A DNA stretch of 64,000 nucleotides from Cyanidioschyzon merolae (Eukaryota), in NCBI GenBank assembly GCA_000091205.1, contig AP006489.2. One strand, written 5' to 3'. The notes below the pieces were generated by a model, which was not told where the DNA came from, made no database searches, and worked only from the letters and a program-made list of their open reading frames with translations. Shown here one piece after another: positions 54,800 to 64,000 of this stretch (position 1 is its first letter; each line of letters begins with the position of its first letter). The translations under genes and the position numbers were made by a program.

Positions 54800-56833
54800 T
54801 CAAAAGGCGAGCTCGAAACTCATGACCAACTACCTCCGCACTACGGTGAGGATGCTCTTCCGATGCAAATCAGCAGCAGTTTCTTATTCGAAGAGTTTTA
54901 GTCTAGGCTGCAGATTTGAACGGAACAGCCAGTGACCTGTTAGCGCTCTCAGCAGCACCCTGTATTCAACGCTACAACGCCGCTATGATTGCGCGATGCA
55001 AAGAACGAACCAAAGCACTTCAATGTGATCGTGCTCATGAAAAAATGCTTTGGCAGGGCGCCCTGCATCGGAACAGAAATCATTCTTTCTCTTTAATATA
55101 TAAAAGCGAGGCATGAAGAGGGCAACTACCAAGGTTTCACATGACGACATTGATGCTTTGTAACATTGAATACATTATAGAAAAACTTCTGCGCTTTTCA
55201 CACCGTTTGACTGATGATAAAAACATAATACGAGATATCTTTCACCGAAGAAGCCTTTGCAGATAGAAAACTCGCAGATAAACAAAATCGGAAGCCGGGT
55301 AACGATACAGCAAGCAGTAATATTCACTGTGCAATAACCGAGATTTTAAAATCACTAGTCCTTCGACACAGATCCCGACGGACTAGGCGTGACGGACTCA
55401 CACATCTCTGAATTTGAGTGGAAATTCGATCTGAGCGACAATTCTACATCAGCGACAATGCCGTCAGGACTACCAAAACCCCTCGTAGGCAAACTCAACC
55501 GCAAGTTTGAATTCGACAAGGTCCGCGCAATTTACCACAGCATGCAAGCCATTAAGGAAAGCTGGGCATTTACAAAGCAGGTCGCTTGTGATTTAATGAT
55601 ATAGGATTAAAACAGACCATCAAAAAACTTTTGTTACGAAAGCGGTAGCCCACTGAAGAAGTGAGTTACATCAGGGTGCATCCCGCTCCTCAGCTCGCGC
55701 GCTCTCGACGCAGAACACACTCAGAAATATCACAAAAAATAGAACACGATTACCCTTCACCAACGACCCAGGAAAACCATTCCTAGTGTATCCATATGCC
55801 TCTCCAGCTTTCCCGGACTCTGAACCATGCCATGCAAGTGCCCTGCTCCAGGCGGGATTTCAGCGCCGCCCCTCTTGGCCACTGAATTGGGTCTATCGCA
55901 AGTCCTCGCCATTTCAGCACGATGCCCACAACGGGCACTGCAATACTCCCACCAAAGCTCGCTCGACACAAGCTCGCTGTACGCTCCAGGACCAGCAAAC
56001 ATTTCGGGTTGTTGATTGGCCCGTCCGGCTCGGCGGAGAACGTGCTTCCGTGCACTGTTGCTGGCGATATCACACTATGACGAGCTTCTCACTTTCGATT
56101 GCCTCGCAATGCGACGTTCGGTCAGCTTGCCGCCCAAGATCTCGTGGCATCCGACTCTGTTTCAATCTCGCCTTCTCCAGATGCTGCAGCCTACGCCTTC
56201 GCACGTGATGGATCTATGCCGTCCAAAGCGCATCGATGTAAATCGTACTAATCGGTTCCTGCACGCGTTGTACGCTCCCGTCGAAGGAGAGGGAGAGCAG
56301 CCCGCACGCGCCCCAGCACCTCCAGCGCCATAGACTAACACAAAACCACGCGACTTGTCGGCCATTTACTTTTCTAACTCACTGAACTAGTATATTCTCA
56401 CGATTCCTGCATATACAAATCGGTAGATGTTGGCGACCCCAGCGCTGTTTCAAGTACCCGGCCAATGTTCGTTCGTATACGACATTTGGACACTCAGGCA
56501 CTCTCTGAATCAAGCGCACGGGGGATCCGTTTCTGGTCAATCCGGCGCGCAGAACGTCGGGATGGGCCCTGAAGCCGTCATTCCGCGTGCCGGTACGCCT
56601 CGTTGAGTCGACCATGCCCGGCTCGCGATAATGCCGAGCCCCGGAGAAGCTGAGTTGCTCCATCTGATTGCCGCACAGCTGTTTGCATGCGTCCTTTCAA
56701 TTTAGGGGCACGGCGGAAGCTACGGCGTTCTTCATACAGGGATCCACGCCCGCCACAAAGACTGTCCCGTAAGCTACCATGCACGATTGAGAACGAGTCT
56801 TGTTGCTCGGCTCAGCTCAGGGTTTCACAACGT

Positions 56834-58985
56834 GCATGCAGCCTGGTATCCCGTAGGTCTCCGTCGCCCCTGTAAAATTCTTTCCATTTCCTCCCCGTAA
56901 CGAAGCAACCCTGAGGGAGCTCCGGCAATGCTCCATACGAAGCTGATCGAAAGCTTCGTAATTACCGGAAGAGAGGAGGCATAGCTCGCCGCGGAAACTA
57001 TCTAGTATGAAACGAATATGCCTACGGTAACATGGCAGGCCTTGATATGAAATATGGGAGTACTTCGAACGGACGCTTGAGGAGTCTTAGGCGCTCGCAC
57101 ACAGTGAGGGAGTTTGCGTTGCTATGGAGGGCTTCCTCGAAGAAAGCGCAGTAGCTCGTATGCAAGGAAGCTAGGCATCACATTTCAACCATCCCCTCTA
57201 TGGGTCGTGCGTCGGTCCGACCCCGCGAGCAATACGATGAGCCTGCGCCCCCACAGTCGGCTCTCGCGATCGTTGCGTTTTCCCTTCTGCGCTTGCTACG
57301 AACTCCATCTCGTCCGCCCAGAGCAGCTCGCCTTTTAACTATAAAGATACCGCTAGAAACTCATCCATCAGTCCCCTCTTTCCTGGGTCAGTGAATTGAG
57401 GGTACATCGCCCACAGGGTGCGGTTCATGAAGCGCTCGAGAGTGGCCGCATATTTTCTTCGGTTTTTGACGATAGTTTGATACTTTTTGGCACAGCGCGG
57501 TAGCTTTCTTTCGTTGCCCACATACAGCGACGACGCGTCAAAGCATTCTGCGATTCATGTGTGTAGCCGCTCGTCCTACAATCAGGCCGTGCTGCATATT
57601 GCGTTCAGAGCATCAGTTGCGCGTCGTCGCGCGAAGTCTTCATCGAGGAACTCCAGAAGAACGTGGACACCATGGAGTCCTATGTCGGAACTTCCGCAGA
57701 CCGTTGCTTGACCAGGCGGCTCAAGACGAGAGAGGCTAGGCGCGCATTATTCGGGTAAGGAGCTTCTCGAGCCTTCACGACGTCCCGGATTTCGCGTTTT
57801 GGAAGAGCCTCCCCGTTGAAGTGTGTTTGTCGGGAGACCTTGGCAACGGTTTCAGACTGATATTTCCGCTCCGACAGCTTTCCTTCCTGTACCACTTCGT
57901 CCCGTTTTCTGAAGGCTCTTCCGCTTCCTTGTCTGGTGGTCCCTCGCCCTTCTCCTTGACTTGGCGCGGCGGCAGAACTGTTGCCGCTATATTCCATATC
58001 CAGGTTTTTCGTCGGGATTCAGACAAACTAGGTGGATTCTAGCACTGCCATTCGCCCGCTCGATGGATCTATGTATCTAATTCGCTCCGAGTACACTTTC
58101 GTCAGTGCTTCCGTGGCAAGCACAAGCATGAGCCGAGGCGCACCTCCTCGCTCGCTCACACGAACCGCAAGAGATGCAACAAAGCAGTTCATGGCGAAGA
58201 AAACAAAGAGGGACTTGTCGAACAACGATCTCATGGGCGCGAGCCACTTCTCTATTGATCCGTGAGCGTAAGAATGGAATTTGGCACCGGAGAAGAAACA
58301 GTCGACTGGATTAAACCATGGAGAATGGGCTAGTGCGAAGAGCAGCTCCACGAAAATCACAGATGCGTACCCCTTGACCACCTTTGGGTTATGGAAATCG
58401 AGATCGTCTCAGAACAGGACAGAAAAATGTGGAAAGAAGGCACCACAAGTGCTTCGACGAAGAAAGAGCTTTTGAGTGATCCAGTCCATTTGGGGATATG
58501 TGGGCGATCGCACGACTGCATTTCCGCATGGGTTGGTGTTGTCGCCATTCTCGCTTGTCTCATTACTAGGAAGATGGTCCTCGCTGGGGGCGCGCTTTTT
58601 CGCTCGTCTATCCGAGTCTCTTCATAACCAACCGTATCAACGGCGCGTAAATTTCCCGTCCTGTGGCTTCATTGAAAGTTCTGCTCTGAACACATATGCA
58701 GCGGAAGGAATTGAGGAGAAAGTCGAGCAGATTAATTTCTATATCATCTGACTCGGGTGCACGGCGTTCAGGATAGGGGCTACGAGAAGGGTGGTTCATC
58801 CACCAGCTGACGGCAGGGCGACTTGCAGTATACATGTAGAGACATTTTGGCCAGCTTCCAGTACCACCACAAAGGCTATCCGCGAATTTTTTGCTCAGTT
58901 TAAGGGATACATCTTTGTGTTGAATTTCTGCGAAAAAATCAAAAAAATACAAAATGACGCGCTGGTGTAGGGGTGCAGGATATCA
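56834..58985. repeat. Inverted-repeat arm 1 (at least 2.15 kb; the partner runs off the window end)
   Basis: The reverse complement of 61848-64000 matches 56834-58985 essentially exactly. ORF-track pairs such as 58032-58265(+) and 62568-62801(-) give identical peptides. No RT, integrase or DDE transposase motifs were seen in the arm ORFs. Confidence 0.9.
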
Positions 58986-59334
58986 GTCCCTATTGAACAA
59001 TATGGTTTGCATCGGAATTGAACACGTTCATCAGAAAATCTGCGCGCTGCGCGCGGAAATATCGGCGCCGTTTTGGAATTTTTTGTCTGCATACCACTTT
59101 ATCACTCCATTCTGCTGTCGAGGAATTCTGGTTCGTCAGCTTGGCAGACTTTTCCCTTTATGCTTAGATCTGAAGCCGTTTTGCAAATTTTTGCTATTTT
59201 TAATTAATTTCGTTTCTTCTGTTTTGTGAAAGAGGGATAAAGGAGTGATTCTTCTGAACAAAGAGCTTGGGTAAACTATTTGGGACTGACGCAGGTTCGA
59301 AAAGTAGAAGTACGATCTCATCTGCGCGGCTCTG

Positions 59335-59555
59335 GGCACCCGAGTCAGATGATATAGAAATTAATCTGCTCGACTTTCTCCTCAATTCCTTCCGCTGCAT
59401 ATGTGTTCGGAGCAGAACTTTCAATGAAGCCACAGGACGGGAAATTTACGCGCCGTTGATACGGATGGTTATGAAGAGACTCGGATAGACGATCGAAAAA
59501 GCGCGCCCTCAGCGAGGACCATCTTCCTAGTACTGAGACAAGCGAGAACGATCAC
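59335..59555. repeat. About 220-bp diverged partial copy (about 95% identical) of the inner IR segment, in arm-2 orientation
   Basis: 'cacccgagtcagatgatatagaaattaatctgctcgactttctcctcaattcc...' appears at 59338 and at 62078, with a handful of substitutions between them. Confidence 0.85.
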
Positions 59556-59879
59556 AAAATCAGCCTTAGTGTTCTGAAAATACAGATACTAACCATCAAA
59601 TAGAAATTCGATATCAATTTTCTTCCTACTTTACGGTAACCATTGAAAGGGGAAAGCATTTGCTTATTCTCAAAAGTTCGGTTTCCAGGCTGAAAGTCGC
59701 ACGAGCCTTCCGAGCCTGCCAAGCTTTCGCTCCACATGCCTCTTTATAGCCTGGTGCTCTAGCAAGGCTTGAACAGCTCGTCCGCTGTGCGGGATAGTCT
59801 GGGACTTCGCGTGCTCAGGCTGTGTCTGGGACTCGCTCTCGTCGCGATGCTACTCTGACACATTGCTTCGCGCTTTTGC

Positions 59880-60200
59880 TTGCAGTGCGCCTGTCTGCGC
59901 GGATTGCAGGCTCTCAGCAATATAATGAATCCCGATCCCGAGTCGGCGAAAAACGCAGCGAGCTTACGTCTTCGGTGGTACGGCAAAGCCGTCCTGTCTG
60001 CGTGCTGCATTCGCACCTGCGGGATAGGCGCTAATGCTGGTGCCCACGATAGACTCGGCGCAAGATAGAACGTTCGAAACGACCAGTATGTCCGAGGGGA
60101 AGGATGGGTAATAGAACTTGAAGATAAGATTACGCATGACTGACGCTTTCCCGAATGCCAATATCGACCCCGCAGTCTGGGATCCATGGTCTACACAAAC
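59880..60200 (+). repeat. Older, diverged SINE-like family copy (copy d), element sense on plus strand
   Basis: '...cgtcctgtctgcgtgctgcattcgcacctgcgggataggcgctaatgctggtg...cgaaacgaccagtatgtccgag...' aligns at about 70-75% to the reverse complement of copy c. It lies tail-to-tail with copy c. Confidence 0.6.
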
Positions 60201-60261
60201 GCTCTCTCTGACAAAAATGCACATTTTCCGCGCTCACGGGTCGCGTGCGATACTCTTTCGA

Positions 60262-60548
60262 ATTTTTTTCATTGACAAAACGTTTACTTAGGCCAGCGTT
60301 CTCCGATTATGCGCATTTTTCTTTTCTTACTTTTTGTGTCTTTTTCAGTGCGCGGTGAAGTATCCATCAAACGCCCTACCTCCAAGATACATTACCTATG
60401 CTTCATCTCGGATATTCTGGTCGTTTCGTACGCCCTATCGTGTGCCGAGCGTGCCGAAAGCGACAGCAGTAGCGCCTATAGCGCCAGTGCGGTCGCTGCA
60501 CGGAGACAGAACGGCGTTGCCGTACCGCAGAGGGCGTCGGCTCGAGGG
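60262..60548 (-). mobile_element. SINE-like non-autonomous retroposon (copy c) with a 12-bp target-site duplication
   Basis: The element is flanked by the direct repeat 'atactctttcga' (60250-60261 and 60549-60560). In element sense (minus strand) it starts 'CCCTCGAGCCGACGCCCTCT' and ends in the A-rich tail '...AAAAAGACACAAAAAGTAAGAAAAGAAAAATG...GTCAATGAAAAAAAT'. This is the same family as copies a, b, d and e. It sits about 50 bp upstream of the 60599 ORF. Confidence 0.7.
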
Positions 60549-60598
60549 ATACTCTTTCGATGTGACACGCTTTCGACGCGGCTACAGCGCTGCCGCAA

Positions 60599-61660
60599 GT
60601 GATGTCGCTGACCTTGTTTCCAGAGGGTATACACCCACGGATTCCTGTGGAACCTCAGGACCTTGTATGCTTGCAGTGTCCTGAAGCTAACCTTGGCCGG
60701 TCGCTGCTTTATTCTCTTGCTGAACGGGCAGCCCTTTTCAGCTCGAACGGGTTGACGTACCACGTGTTCCTCATTGACGGCGACTGTCTCAGCGGCGTTG
60801 TCGGACAAGGCGAGTGTGCCAGAGAGGTACTATGGAAGACTTTGCTAGAAGCCAGAACAGAGGCGACTGTGGAGGAGCCTTTGGCCATAGATCGTGTTTC
60901 TATTGCAGTGTGCCACTCGTTTAAGGAAAGCCTTGCTTGTCTTCGAGGCATTCTGCATACTGTCGAGCAGTTGTCACGGGAATTTCCCGAAAACACGCGA
61001 ACGGTTCCTGAACGAAAGCTTTCACTTCGGACTACTGTATCGCCATTTCCGCATCATGTAAAAGCGAGTCAGAACTTCTCGCTTTTGTCGCTTCCGCATG
61101 AACGGCAAATTTCTCAGAACTTGGAAAGCTTTAATGAACCAAGCTCAACCTCTTTCAAAAGCTTTTCAGAGAGCGTTGCACTTACCGACAATTGCATAGT
61201 GAAAACACCGAGCACGCTGCCAGTATCGAATGTTCCTAGCCATGAATACGTGTTGATTCTTGTTGATGGTATCGGGAATTCTTCGGGTATGCTTGGAAGC
61301 GAATATTACAACACCTGCATCATTGATCTCAGAGAAGAGCTTCGTGATATTTTACGTCAGCTGCTCGCCAGTGCGTACGTTTCAATTGTTTTTCGCGATT
61401 CTCTTATGGGTACGAAAACTGAGAGCATTGCACGCGAGATTCCAATCGAGACAAGCGGGGCTGATGGAACGATAGAAAAAATGCTGCGCAATCTCCTGAC
61501 GAAATCAGTGTTGGTCGAACATTCTTCGATGCCGAACGAAACGTATAGATTATGCTTTCGACAATTCCATCCGTCTGGATCACTCCAGCTTGAGTGGGAA
61601 AGTTTTTTAGGCGAGCCTCTCCATCCCGCTTTTAAATGGCTTCGAAGCAAAGCAGCGTAA
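60599..61660 (+). CDS. Orphan 353-aa hypothetical protein in the core between the inverted repeats
   Basis: Clean ATG-initiated ORF (MMSLTLFPEG...) with no domain I can recognise. Representative segments: 'TYHVFLIDGDCLSGVVGQGECAR' and 'HEYVLILVDGIGNSSGMLGSEYYNTCIIDL'. Confidence 0.45.
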   Translation: MMSLTLFPEGIHPRIPVEPQDLVCLQCPEANLGRSLLYSLAERAALFSSNGLTYHVFLIDGDCLSGVVGQGECAREVLWKTLLEARTEATVEEPLAIDRVSIAVCHSFKESLACLRGILHTVEQLSREFPENTRTVPERKLSLRTTVSPFPHHVKASQNFSLLSLPHERQISQNLESFNEPSSTSFKSFSESVALTDNCIVKTPSTLPVSNVPSHEYVLILVDGIGNSSGMLGSEYYNTCIIDLREELRDILRQLLASAYVSIVFRDSLMGTKTESIAREIPIETSGADGTIEKMLRNLLTKSVLVEHSSMPNETYRLCFRQFHPSGSLQLEWESFLGEPLHPAFKWLRSKAA

Positions 61661-61847
61661 GGAGCTGCGATTCCATGTGTGCGTGCTGATGCATGAATGA
61701 ATAGAGTTCCCTTTTTCCGATTTCTTCGGATATCACCTTCCGGATAGTGATGAAGCAATTTTTCGGCGAAAATGTTCGCTCATTTATAGCGCTGGTCTCA
61801 ACTGGATTAGTACCTACGGCTTGTCTGACTTTTCTTACGAAGTGCAT

Positions 61848-64000
61848 TCACATCCTGCACCCCTACACCAGCGCGTCATTTTGTATTTTTTTGATTTTTT
61901 CGCAGAAATTCAACACAAAGATGTATCCCTTAAACTGAGCAAAAAATTCGCGGATAGCCTTTGTGGTGGTACTGGAAGCTGGCCAAAATGTCTCTACATG
62001 TATACTGCAAGTCGCCCTGCCGTCAGCTGGTGGATGAACCACCCTTCTCGTAGCCCCTATCCTGAACGCCGTGCACCCGAGTCAGATGATATAGAAATTA
62101 ATCTGCTCGACTTTCTCCTCAATTCCTTCCGCTGCATATGTGTTCAGAGCAGAACTTTCAATGAAGCCACAGGACGGGAAATTTACGCGCCGTTGATACG
62201 GTTGGTTATGAAGAGACTCGGATAGACGAGCGAAAAAGCGCGCCCCCAGCGAGGACCATCTTCCTAGTAATGAGACAAGCGAGAATGGCGACAACACCAA
62301 CCCATGCGGAAATGCAGTCGTGCGATCGCCCACATATCCCCAAATGGACTGGATCACTCAAAAGCTCTTTCTTCGTCGAAGCACTTGTGGTGCCTTCTTT
62401 CCACATTTTTCTGTCCTGTTCTGAGACGATCTCGATTTCCATAACCCAAAGGTGGTCAAGGGGTACGCATCTGTGATTTTCGTGGAGCTGCTCTTCGCAC
62501 TAGCCCATTCTCCATGGTTTAATCCAGTCGACTGTTTCTTCTCCGGTGCCAAATTCCATTCTTACGCTCACGGATCAATAGAGAAGTGGCTCGCGCCCAT
62601 GAGATCGTTGTTCGACAAGTCCCTCTTTGTTTTCTTCGCCATGAACTGCTTTGTTGCATCTCTTGCGGTTCGTGTGAGCGAGCGAGGAGGTGCGCCTCGG
62701 CTCATGCTTGTGCTTGCCACGGAAGCACTGACGAAAGTGTACTCGGAGCGAATTAGATACATAGATCCATCGAGCGGGCGAATGGCAGTGCTAGAATCCA
62801 CCTAGTTTGTCTGAATCCCGACGAAAAACCTGGATATGGAATATAGCGGCAACAGTTCTGCCGCCGCGCCAAGTCAAGGAGAAGGGCGAGGGACCACCAG
62901 ACAAGGAAGCGGAAGAGCCTTCAGAAAACGGGACGAAGTGGTACAGGAAGGAAAGCTGTCGGAGCGGAAATATCAGTCTGAAACCGTTGCCAAGGTCTCC
63001 CGACAAACACACTTCAACGGGGAGGCTCTTCCAAAACGCGAAATCCGGGACGTCGTGAAGGCTCGAGAAGCTCCTTACCCGAATAATGCGCGCCTAGCCT
63101 CTCTCGTCTTGAGCCGCCTGGTCAAGCAACGGTCTGCGGAAGTTCCGACATAGGACTCCATGGTGTCCACGTTCTTCTGGAGTTCCTCGATGAAGACTTC
63201 GCGCGACGACGCGCAACTGATGCTCTGAACGCAATATGCAGCACGGCCTGATTGTAGGACGAGCGGCTACACACATGAATCGCAGAATGCTTTGACGCGT
63301 CGTCGCTGTATGTGGGCAACGAAAGAAAGCTACCGCGCTGTGCCAAAAAGTATCAAACTATCGTCAAAAACCGAAGAAAATATGCGGCCACTCTCGAGCG
63401 CTTCATGAACCGCACCCTGTGGGCGATGTACCCTCAATTCACTGACCCAGGAAAGAGGGGACTGATGGATGAGTTTCTAGCGGTATCTTTATAGTTAAAA
63501 GGCGAGCTGCTCTGGGCGGACGAGATGGAGTTCGTAGCAAGCGCAGAAGGGAAAACGCAACGATCGCGAGAGCCGACTGTGGGGGCGCAGGCTCATCGTA
63601 TTGCTCGCGGGGTCGGACCGACGCACGACCCATAGAGGGGATGGTTGAAATGTGATGCCTAGCTTCCTTGCATACGAGCTACTGCGCTTTCTTCGAGGAA
63701 GCCCTCCATAGCAACGCAAACTCCCTCACTGTGTGCGAGCGCCTAAGACTCCTCAAGCGTCCGTTCGAAGTACTCCCATATTTCATATCAAGGCCTGCCA
63801 TGTTACCGTAGGCATATTCGTTTCATACTAGATAGTTTCCGCGGCGAGCTATGCCTCCTCTCTTCCGGTAATTACGAAGCTTTCGATCAGCTTCGTATGG
63901 AGCATTGCCGGAGCTCCCTCAGGGTTGCTTCGTTACGGGGAGGAAATGGAAAGAATTTTACAGGGGCGACGGAGACCTACGGGATACCAGGCTGCATGCA
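61848..64000. repeat. Inverted-repeat arm 2 (truncated by the window end)
   Basis: See arm 1; the inner junction is at about 61848-61850. Confidence 0.9.

Noticed and set aside
56834-58985. IR arms as LTR retrotransposon, rDNA or organellar insert
   Set aside because: No RT (YxDD), integrase or RNase H motifs in any frame. No similarity I can recognise to 5.8S, SSU or LSU rRNA landmarks. The arms are inverted rather than direct, as LTRs would be.
1-64000. tRNA genes (scanned for GGTTCGA-type T-loop boxes, for example near 20640, 32610, 47930)
   Set aside because: None of the hits has a matching acceptor stem or A-box at the right spacing. No tRNA called.
1-64000. Prokaryotic origin or a defence island (the prompt hints at a 'system')
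   Set aside because: Every confidently identified gene is a eukaryotic housekeeping gene (coatomer, THO, SUMO ligase, Sm, TOP3, mitochondrial import or assembly). The only defence-like or TnpB-like component is the eukaryotic Fanzor-type nuclease.

Overview
The window is a compact, gene-dense eukaryotic nuclear segment. Genes sit on both strands. Most read as single long ORFs, so introns are few. GC looks high (about 55-60% by eye), with Q/A/S-rich low-complexity inserts in several proteins. The combination is fungus-like, possibly a basidiomycete yeast or smut. That guess rests on an AreA-N/DUF1752-type module and on compact, intron-poor genes; I cannot confirm it without a database.

Recognisable housekeeping genes, in order: THO complex subunit 2-like, coatomer beta, a GH36 alpha-galactosidase, a GT4 glycosyltransferase, a multi-Myb-repeat protein, UNC-50/Gmh1, DNA topoisomerase III, ribosomal protein uS10 (RPS20), a GDT1/TMEM165 (UPF0016) transporter, REI1/ZNF622, an Sm-like protein, mitoribosomal bS16, a PIAS/Siz SP-RING SUMO ligase, COX11, a class-I aminotransferase and a mitochondrial carrier.

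Things that stand out:
1. A Fanzor/TnpB-like RuvC nuclease locus at about 30.2-32.8 kb, the eukaryotic relative of OMEGA/TnpB. It is split over three reading frames, carries an unusual in-frame 75-nt tandem expansion immediately 5' of RuvC-I, and may have degenerate RuvC-II and zinc-finger motifs. It sits directly upstream of TOP3.
2. A divergently transcribed pair of carbohydrate-active enzymes (GH36 and GT4) that each carry the same AreA-N/DUF1752-like 'WR.F..K ... RLEN.SWRLW' module.
3. A minisatellite of about 24 units of 79 bp, each with 12-bp palindromes and a CACGTG box, in a convergent 3' intergenic region.
4. A SINE-like retroposon family with at least five copies, one with an intact 12-bp target-site duplication.
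5. A 2.15-kb near-perfect inverted repeat pair (56.8-59.0 kb and 61.8-64.0 kb, running off the window edge) around a 2.9-kb core with an orphan 353-aa ORF.

The ORF track uses ATG, GTG and TTG starts. Where I moved a start to an internal ATG, the position is computed from the track coordinates. Everything here comes from reading the sequence by eye; nothing has been run against a database.
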